Shown piece by piece: positions 57,109-64,000 of a stretch of 64,000 nt of DNA. The notes under the pieces were generated by a model that saw nothing but the letters and a program-made list of their open reading frames with translations, was not told where the DNA came from and searched no databases. The position numbers were made by a program, and so were the translations under genes. Source of the stretch: Synergistales bacterium (GTDB taxonomy: Bacteria > Synergistota > Synergistia > Synergistales > JAFGMB01); contig OY762654.1 of the NCBI GenBank assembly GCA_963666205.1, positions 2,176,001 through 2,240,000 of the forward strand, read 5' to 3'. Every line of letters starts with the position of its first letter. Position 1 is the stretch's first letter.

Positions 57109-58314
57109 TTATTCTCCAACCTCCTCCAGAACATCGAGGGCTACCTGACAGAGATATTTCACTCCAAAGGGAAGAGCTTTGTCATCCGGGAGGAACCTGT
57201 TGTTATGAAGTTTCGGGAATTTTCCTGCGGGTTTATCCTGAGGTCTGCAGCCTACCCATACGAAGGCAGAAGGGACCTTTTCGCTGAAGAATGCGAAATC
57301 CTCTCCCCCTGGGTTGGGCATGTCGATTTCATATAACCCATTTTCCCCAACTATCTTTTTGATCGTATTTCGAGCTATGGCAGTAATTTTAGGATTATTC
57401 ATTACCGAGGGGTATCCCCAGCGGTAATTGACTTCACATGCACCCCCCATCGCTCTGACCGTGCCTTCAACTGTCTCTTCTATTCTCCGGGCAAGCAACT
57501 TTCTTGTTTCTGGAGCAAAAGTACGAACTGTACCATCCAGTTCAACCCGGTCTGCGACTATGTTATAGCGTGTTCCTCCTGTTATTTTACCGATGGTGAT
57601 CACCGCAGAATCCAGGGGACTTACATTTCTTGATATGAGGGTCTGTAGCGAAGATATAGTCTCTGCTGCTATTACTACAGCATCTATGCCGAATTCCGGA
57701 GTAGCTGCATGAGTGCTTTTCCCGGATATGGATATCTGTAGTCTGTCGGATGCAGCTGACATTACTCCTTCCCGGATACCCAGTTCACCTGTTTTAAGGG
57801 TTGGCCAGACATGGACACCAAGAATGGCAGAAACCCTTGGATTGTCAAGGACACCATCTCTTATCATCCCCGGTGCACCTCCTGTGGGACTGCTTTCCTC
57901 AGCTGGCTGAAAAATGAATTTTATGGATCCCTTTATCTGATCTTTCATTTCAGAAAGGATATGAGCTGCCCCTAGAAGCATGGCAGTGTGGGAGTCATGT
58001 CCACAGGCGTGCATCACACCCTCATTTTCAGAGGCAAAACTGCAACCAGTTTCCTCCTGAATCTGCAAAGCATCCATGTCTGCTCTCAATGCTATGACAG
58101 GACCAGGATTATTTCCATTGAGAACAGCTACGACTCCTGTTCCTCCAATACCTGTTTTGACTTCCAGGTCCATGGAATTGAGGATATCTTTCACTTTTGC
58201 GGATGTCCTGACCTCTTCATAACTCGGTTCCGGGTGGCGATGGAGATCTTTCCAGTATTCGAGGTATGTGTTCCGGTACTTCTGTTCAAGGGTTTTTATA
58301 AGATCTTGAAGCAC
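57109..58314 (-). CDS. M20D family amidohydrolase
   Basis: LHRHPE, RADMDAL, MHACGHD, FQPAEE, GEDFA. Confidence 0.92.
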   Translation of the reverse strand: MLQDLIKTLEQKYRNTYLEYWKDLHRHPEPSYEEVRTSAKVKDILNSMDLEVKTGIGGTGVVAVLNGNNPGPVIALRADMDALQIQEETGCSFASENEGVMHACGHDSHTAMLLGAAHILSEMKDQIKGSIKFIFQPAEESSPTGGAPGMIRDGVLDNPRVSAILGVHVWPTLKTGELGIREGVMSAASDRLQISISGKSTHAATPEFGIDAVVIAAETISSLQTLISRNVSPLDSAVITIGKITGGTRYNIVADRVELDGTVRTFAPETRKLLARRIEETVEGTVRAMGGACEVNYRWGYPSVMNNPKITAIARNTIKKIVGENGLYEIDMPNPGGEDFAFFSEKVPSAFVWVGCRPQDKPAGKFPKLHNNRFLPDDKALPFGVKYLCQVALDVLEEVGE

Positions 58315-58548
58315 GATGAAACCTCCTTAATAAATGCCTTCCTGAAAATAATTCAATTCAGATATTGTGATAGACACAACGTTATATTTATCAATTTTAA
58401 CGACTAGTATCTGAAAGACCAACTTTAGAGGCTGTTTAAGGAGAAATACAGAAGATGCTCCAATAGAGCATCTTTTCGGATATATATATAACTGATCTTT
58501 AATGGGATAACGGGCTAAAAAGTCAGGAGAAAATTCGTGGATAGAAGG

Positions 58549-59268
58549 TCATTTTTTGACCTTCTTGATGATCTTTTCCAATCCGTACATAAGGTGGGCT
58601 TTCATCATTTCTGCAGCTTCCCGGGGTTTATGTTTTTTGACCAGATCCACTATCTGGCGGTGTTCTACCATCATCTTATCCCAGTCCTCATCCTTCAGGT
58701 CCAGATATTCGTGTCTTTGGGCATCTATCTCGCTCCTTATGGAACGGAGAAGTCTCAATGCAAGTTTGTTGCCTCCTATCCTGGCTATTGTTTCATGAAA
58801 ATCGGAATGGAATTTGAGGTTTTCTTCAGTTTTGGGATGGATCTTCTCTTCACTATCGGTACTCAGGAGAAGTACTTCTTCCAGTTCCATTATGTCATTG
58901 GAGGTAGCTCGCTCGGCTGCCCAGTATACATTCTGGCTTTCCAGCATGATACGGATCTGCATCAGTTCTACCCATGAAGAGTCATCGGAAAGGTAGTTCA
59001 TGAGTTCAGTGTTAGTGATCTTTCTCAGAGCATCTTCGGAGATAAAGGTCCCCTGGCCTGGTCTGGAATCCACAATACCAAAAACAGCAAGAGATTTAGT
59101 CGCTTCTCTTATGCTGTTTCTTCCAACCTCGAACTGCTCGGCCAGTTCCATTTCACTCGGTATCTTTTCTCCAGGAGTCCATGTTCCGTCTTTTACTGCT
59201 TCAAGCATCTGTTTCAGAACTTCCTGGTAGAGGGTAGTTCTGCTTGCTGGTTTAATCATTGGAATCAC
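58549..59268 (-). CDS. FadR/GntR family regulator
   Basis: PGEKIPSE.ELAEQFEVGRNSIREA, GQGTF, FH..IA..GN, EH. Confidence 0.92.
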   Translation of the reverse strand: MIPMIKPASRTTLYQEVLKQMLEAVKDGTWTPGEKIPSEMELAEQFEVGRNSIREATKSLAVFGIVDSRPGQGTFISEDALRKITNTELMNYLSDDSSWVELMQIRIMLESQNVYWAAERATSNDIMELEEVLLLSTDSEEKIHPKTEENLKFHSDFHETIARIGGNKLALRLLRSIRSEIDAQRHEYLDLKDEDWDKMMVEHRQIVDLVKKHKPREAAEMMKAHLMYGLEKIIKKVKK

Positions 59269-59384
59269 CTTTTCTGACTTTTAACTAAGATAATATATAA
59301 AAAGATTAAAAAAAGAAAGCAAAAAATCTAACAGGTCCATATCTGTCGCCTCAAGAGAGTATACAGTATCCATTGTTTATTTTA

Positions 59385-59444
59385 TTGACACTCTCTTCTT
59401 ACTTGGATATTATAACAGATAATCCAAACATCCTACATTAGGAT
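59385..59444 (+). promoter_or_regulatory. TRAP operon promoter with putative FadR-family operator
   Basis: TTGACA-N17-TATTAT (59385-59413); palindrome ATCCTA-CAT-TAGGAT (59430-59444). Confidence 0.65.
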
Positions 59445-59578
59445 TATTTGAATACAGTATATTGTTACCTCAAGCACAAAGTCTATCCTCAGGGACTCGT
59501 TGATATTGAGAAGACCCTTTTCAGCTAACCAGATAGCGGAAGATTTAAAATCTATGTAATTTAAAGGAGGGAGTAGTT

Positions 59579-60124
59579 TTGCTGGGAGATAGCAATGGTT
59601 CAGGCTTACTGGACAAGGTCGAGACAATCCAGCATGTTCTTTTGTTTTTCCTGATGATGTTGGTTGCCATTCTTGTTTTTATCCAGGTTCTTCTGAGATA
59701 TGTTTTTAAAGCCCCTTTGATGGGGATAGAGGAGGTTCTTCTATTTCCTACAGTATGGCTTTATTTCATTGGAGGAATGAACGCTTCATGCGAGAGAAGC
59801 CAGATCGTCGCTCGTGTACTTGAGGTTTTCGTAAAAAAAGAAAAAACCATATTTTTTATCCGCACCATAGCATCTATTCTTGCTTTCGGGGTAGTCCTCT
59901 GGCTCACCTACTGGGGTTGGGATTTCTTCAAATATTCCATGAAAATGCAGAAAGAAAGCGCGACCCTTTACATCCCCCTCATTTATTCGGAGTCATGTGT
60001 TTTCATAGGTCTTGTGGTGATGTCCTTCTATACCTTCCTTGAGATCTTCCATAACCTGAGAATCTTCAAGTATGGCGGAGGTCATGAAGTGCTCGAAAAA
60101 GAACTGGAAGGAGGAGAGATCTAA
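59579..60124 (+). CDS. dctQ: TRAP transporter small permease
   Basis: QVLLRYVF, EE, four TM helices. Confidence 0.88.
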   Translation: MLGDSNGSGLLDKVETIQHVLLFFLMMLVAILVFIQVLLRYVFKAPLMGIEEVLLFPTVWLYFIGGMNASCERSQIVARVLEVFVKKEKTIFFIRTIASILAFGVVLWLTYWGWDFFKYSMKMQKESATLYIPLIYSESCVFIGLVVMSFYTFLEIFHNLRIFKYGGGHEVLEKELEGGEI

Positions 60125-60125
60125 A

Positions 60126-61430
60126 ATGATGGGTACAGTCGCACTTGCACTGCTTGTTCTTGTTGTCCTTCTGACCCTTGGTGTTCCCCTTCCTTTCTGT
60201 TTTGGAGGAGGCCTCATGTTCATGAGTATTGTCGGCGGGGCTACAATGAAGGGCATGATGCTCTGGGGCCTGGGTCAGATAACCAACCCGGTGCTGCTCT
60301 GCGTTCCTCTTTTTATCTTTGCCGGGACCCTTATGAGTGAGAGCGGTATAGCGAAATACCTTCTTGATTTTGTCAATGTTTTTGTGGGAAGTAAAAGAGG
60401 AGGCCTTGGTGTCGTTGCCTCCGTCAGTTGTGCCATAATAGGAGCCATTTCAGGAAGCGGTTTTACAGGGGTAGCAGCTACAGGACCGATCCTCATCCCC
60501 AGGATGGAACAGGAAGGTTACCCTCGTGGCTATGCAACGGCCCTTGTAACAAATTCCTCAATTCTTGGTCTTCTCATCCCTCCCAGTGTTGTCATGATAG
60601 TCTACGGCTGGGTTACTGAGACATCCATCCTTGCCTGTTTTCTTGCAACCGTGGGGCCAGGTATACTTGTGACTTTCCTCTTTGCTGTTATCAACCTTGT
60701 ATGGTCCAGGAAATTCGACCTGACCATAGAGCCAAAGCTGCCTATGAAGGAGAAACTGGTCCAGATAAGGACACGTACCTGGATGGCTCTTCCTGCCCTT
60801 ATGATGCCCTTCATTATCCTTGGCGGGATTTACGGCGGAATAATGACCCCTACTGAAGCTGCTGCAGTAGCTGTTATATACTCGATCCCTGTTGGATTCT
60901 TTGTATATAAGGGACTTAATGCCAGGAACTTTTTCAAGATCGCCTGGAGTTCTGCCACTTCTGTCGGAGCCATCATGGTGATGATCATTTTCTGCCTGAT
61001 GCTAAGTCAGACCTTTGTAATGATGAGGGCACCCCAGGCAATAGTACAGCTTCTCTTCGGAGTGACCCAGAACAAGATAATTCTTCTTGTACTCATAAAT
61101 CTTCTTCTTTTCTTTGTGGGTATGATCGTCAATGACATAACTGGAATTATCCTCGTAGCGCCTTTACTGCTGCCCCTGGTTCAGGCTATAGGAATAAGTC
61201 CCATACATTTTGCTGCGATCATGGGTGTAAACCTTGCCATGGGTGGTGTTACCCCGCCCTACGCGAGCATTCTGTATCTTGGAATGAGAATCGGGAACGT
61301 GGAATTCATGGATATTATAAAACCTGCCATGGTTCTCCTCCTGCTGGGCTATGTTCCGGTAGTCTTCCTGACATCTTTCTGGCCTGGACTCTCAATGTTC
61401 CTTCCAACTCTTCTCGGGTTTGTCCATTAG
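60126..61430 (+). CDS. dctM: TRAP transporter large permease
   Basis: VPLFIFAG, GAISGS, LIPPS, TPTEAAA, TPP. Confidence 0.92.
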   Translation: MMGTVALALLVLVVLLTLGVPLPFCFGGGLMFMSIVGGATMKGMMLWGLGQITNPVLLCVPLFIFAGTLMSESGIAKYLLDFVNVFVGSKRGGLGVVASVSCAIIGAISGSGFTGVAATGPILIPRMEQEGYPRGYATALVTNSSILGLLIPPSVVMIVYGWVTETSILACFLATVGPGILVTFLFAVINLVWSRKFDLTIEPKLPMKEKLVQIRTRTWMALPALMMPFIILGGIYGGIMTPTEAAAVAVIYSIPVGFFVYKGLNARNFFKIAWSSATSVGAIMVMIIFCLMLSQTFVMMRAPQAIVQLLFGVTQNKIILLVLINLLLFFVGMIVNDITGIILVAPLLLPLVQAIGISPIHFAAIMGVNLAMGGVTPPYASILYLGMRIGNVEFMDIIKPAMVLLLLGYVPVVFLTSFWPGLSMFLPTLLGFVH

Positions 61431-61590
61431 TTCCCGGATCAGAGGTAACTGAAATACCTGAAAGTAATGTGTAGCATCGGAGTTTCTGTTTTTAAGACAA
61501 TACCTTTTTGTTGAGAAAGGTTCATACAGTTCTTCTTTCAGGAGAACTATGAAAAAAAGATAGTACCAAATCAAAAGGAGGCGACAAGAA

Positions 61591-62598
61591 GTGAAAAAGT
61601 TTGTTCTGTTTCTGACCATCATTGCCCTGGTCTTCACCATGGCAGCCGCAGGCACCGCTGATGCAAAACCGAAGTATGTCTGGAAACTTTCCCATGTCCG
61701 TCCCCAGGGGACAACCATTGACAACGACCTTACCTGGTTCGCTGACAAGGTTATGAAAGATTCTGAAGGCAAGATCAAGATCGATATTTTCGCCGCCAGC
61801 CAGCTTGGAGACTATACAGTGGTCCATGAGAGGATCAGTGTGGGAGCAGTAGATATGGCCTGCCAGCCCCCAGGAGTTGCCGCTGACAAAAGGATCCAGA
61901 TCCTGAACCTCCCCTCACTTGTGACAAACTGGGAAGAGGCCAAGACTGTCTATGCCACAGGCAGCGTGCTTATGGATACAGCTGCTGAACTTTTCGCCAA
62001 ACAGGATATCAAGTATCTTGCTGCTTATCCCGTCTATTTCGGCGGTATAGCCCTCAAAGCAGATCCTGTTTCTCCTGGAGATCCCGATGTCAAGAAGGGC
62101 ATAAAAGTCCGTGTTCCTCCGATGAAGTCCTTCCAGCTTCTCGCGAATGCTCAAGGTTACCAGGCTACCCCCATACCCTTCTCAGAGGCCTTTACAGCCA
62201 TTCAGACTGGTATTGTCGACGGAGTCATAGGTTCCGGAGCAGAAGGTTATTATGCTAACTTCAGAGATGTCATCAAATATTACATTCCAGCCAATACCCA
62301 CTTTGAGCAGTGGTATCTTTACATGAACATGGAAACATTCAATAAACTCCCGGATGATCTCAAGAAGGTAGTTCTTGATGCTGCTGCTGAGTTTGAAGCC
62401 CGCAGAATGGTGCAGGCAGAAAAAGATCAGGCTGCAAATGAAAAACGCCTTGAGGATTACGGTGTGAAGGTTGTAACCCTCAGCAACGAAGAGCTTGCTG
62501 CCATAGGTAAAAAGGTCCGGGCAGAAGTATGGCCCGAAATGGAGAAGGATCTTGGTGAAGAATGGGCCAAATCCATTCTCGACAAAGTAGTTCAATAG
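61591..62598 (+). CDS. dctP: TRAP transporter substrate-binding protein
   Basis: Signal peptide; SQLG, KGIKVRV, PIPFSE..TAIQTGIVDG. Confidence 0.9.
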   Translation: MKKFVLFLTIIALVFTMAAAGTADAKPKYVWKLSHVRPQGTTIDNDLTWFADKVMKDSEGKIKIDIFAASQLGDYTVVHERISVGAVDMACQPPGVAADKRIQILNLPSLVTNWEEAKTVYATGSVLMDTAAELFAKQDIKYLAAYPVYFGGIALKADPVSPGDPDVKKGIKVRVPPMKSFQLLANAQGYQATPIPFSEAFTAIQTGIVDGVIGSGAEGYYANFRDVIKYYIPANTHFEQWYLYMNMETFNKLPDDLKKVVLDAAAEFEARRMVQAEKDQAANEKRLEDYGVKVVTLSNEELAAIGKKVRAEVWPEMEKDLGEEWAKSILDKVVQ

Positions 62599-62614
62599 AG
62601 TCCTGAAATCCGAG

Positions 62615-62643
62615 AAGGGGAGCAGCTCTGACTGCTCCCCTTC
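62615..62643 (+). terminator. Stem-loop after dctP
   Basis: GAAGGGGAGCAG..CTGCTCCCCTTC. Confidence 0.6.
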
Positions 62644-62793
62644 ATATATGGGATGTACTGATATTTCTCAAAAATTTTTTCTTCGAAACAAATGTAGGAT
62701 CTTCGGAAATTAGGATAAGAAAACTTTTATAATTCCAGTATTTTAATGAGAAGTACAAAATCGTGCCTTATTTATCGGAAGGAGGAAGTCAAA

Positions 62794-63879
62794 TTGAAAT
62801 TTGCAGTTCTCGGAAGTGGCAATGGAGCCAGAGCCTGGTGTGCCCAGATAGCTGCCAAGGGTCATCCGGTAACGATGTGGGAGCCCCTTGAAGCTACAGA
62901 GGATTACCTTAAACTCAGAGAAGAAAAGGAAATGTATCTGGAAGGTGATATTCAGGTAGGCGGCAAGCTTGCCGGAGTTACCATGGATATAGAAGAGGCT
63001 ATGAATGGAGCCGAGTTTATCCTGGTTATCGTTCCTTCCTTTGCCCACGAACCTATCTTTAAAAAAATGATCCCCCATCTCAAAGATGGACAGAATATAG
63101 TTGTAGTACCAGGAAACTTTGCCGGATTCCGTTTAAGGAAAATGATGAAAGAGGCAGGAGTAGTAAAGGATATAACCATATCTGAAACTGCTTCAATGCC
63201 CTATGCCTGCAGGATAGATACCTATAATACGGTGATGATCTTCAAGAGAAAATTTGAGATGAAGATGGGTACTTCACCCCAGTCTAAAAATGCAGAGATG
63301 TGCGAAATCCTCAATGATATTTTTGAGGGTTACGTCAAGTATCTTCCTGCTGAAAACCTTCTCGAAGTAGACCTTGATAATATCAACTATATTCTTCACC
63401 CATTCCCGGTTCTTTTCAACTACGGGGAGATAGAGAAGAACGGAAAGACATACATGCACTATATGGATGGTATAACTCCTGTTCTTTCTGAAAAGATGAT
63501 GAAGATGGACGAGGAGCGTATGGCCATAGGAGCAAAGTTGGGACTCAAACTGCAGGACTGCCTTTCCCAGCTCAAGATGTACTATGGTCAGAATGACACT
63601 GAAACCATATATGATTTTGTAAACAGCGATGATTCCCCCTATAAAGATCTTGTAGGGCAGAATATCAAGGGCCGTTACATTACGGAGGATGTTCCCGGTG
63701 TTGTTGTTCCTGCTCTTCAACTTGCAAATAAAGCCGGTATGGAAGCGCCAATATCCGAACTTGCTGTGAAAGTTGCTTCCTTCCTCCATGATACGGATTA
63801 TGCTGCCAAAGGAACAACTCTTGAAAGTCTTGATATAGCTGATCTCTCTATCGAAGAGATCGTCACTATGGTATCGTAG
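62794..63879 (+). CDS. NAD/NADP octopine/nopaline (opine) dehydrogenase family protein
   Basis: VLGSGNGA, VPSFAH, PGN, PYACR, N..LHP, RYITEDVP. Confidence 0.88.
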   Translation: MKFAVLGSGNGARAWCAQIAAKGHPVTMWEPLEATEDYLKLREEKEMYLEGDIQVGGKLAGVTMDIEEAMNGAEFILVIVPSFAHEPIFKKMIPHLKDGQNIVVVPGNFAGFRLRKMMKEAGVVKDITISETASMPYACRIDTYNTVMIFKRKFEMKMGTSPQSKNAEMCEILNDIFEGYVKYLPAENLLEVDLDNINYILHPFPVLFNYGEIEKNGKTYMHYMDGITPVLSEKMMKMDEERMAIGAKLGLKLQDCLSQLKMYYGQNDTETIYDFVNSDDSPYKDLVGQNIKGRYITEDVPGVVVPALQLANKAGMEAPISELAVKVASFLHDTDYAAKGTTLESLDIADLSIEEIVTMVS

Positions 63880-64000
63880 AGGTTATTATTTCTTCCAATA
63901 CAAATTTATTGATCTGAAAGAATGCCTCCGGGTACCTGGTAACATGGGTCCCAGGAGGCATTCGGATTAAGTGAACGTAAGTGAGGGATCAGGAAAATGG

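Noticed and set aside
1-64000. Genome-wide UGA reassignment (code 4 or 25) as the explanation for the in-frame TGAs
   Set aside because: Many genes (phzF, the GDH-like gene, the transporter ending at 14273, hsp20) end at TGA at normal family length, and the Prx TGA aligns to a redox Cys.
1-64000. CRISPR arrays, tRNA/rRNA genes, IS elements, prophage or defence genes
   Set aside because: I saw no regularly spaced direct repeats, cloverleaf or rRNA signatures, transposases or integrases; the window is almost fully tiled by metabolic genes.

Overview
This is a 64 kb bacterial chromosomal segment dominated by amino-acid and peptide catabolism, transport and redox genes. The gene content suggests an anaerobic amino-acid fermenter; a Synergistota-like origin is only my inference. 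It holds about 55 intact CDSs, including six M20 amidohydrolases, a D-aminoacylase, IorAB with an aminotransferase, a B3/4 protein and Ptb, a Zur-ZnuACB unit, a TRAP transporter with an opine dehydrogenase, and a sugar-acid cluster. Three decayed genes are present (ugd, abgT and a gdhA 3' remnant). I saw no rRNA, tRNA, CRISPR array or mobile element. The main discovery is two in-frame UGA codons that the ORF track splits, both best explained as selenocysteine. One lies in a peroxiredoxin-like protein with a UxxC motif (14423-15085). The other lies in an unrecognised 110-aa thioredoxin-fold-like protein with a vicinal Cys-Sec (CU) motif (12452-12784). The two flank an ArsB/NhaD-family transporter and sit next to a CoA-disulfide-reductase-like flavoprotein, which suggests a selenoprotein-based redox or metalloid module. 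All family assignments come from motif recognition by eye; no searches were run.
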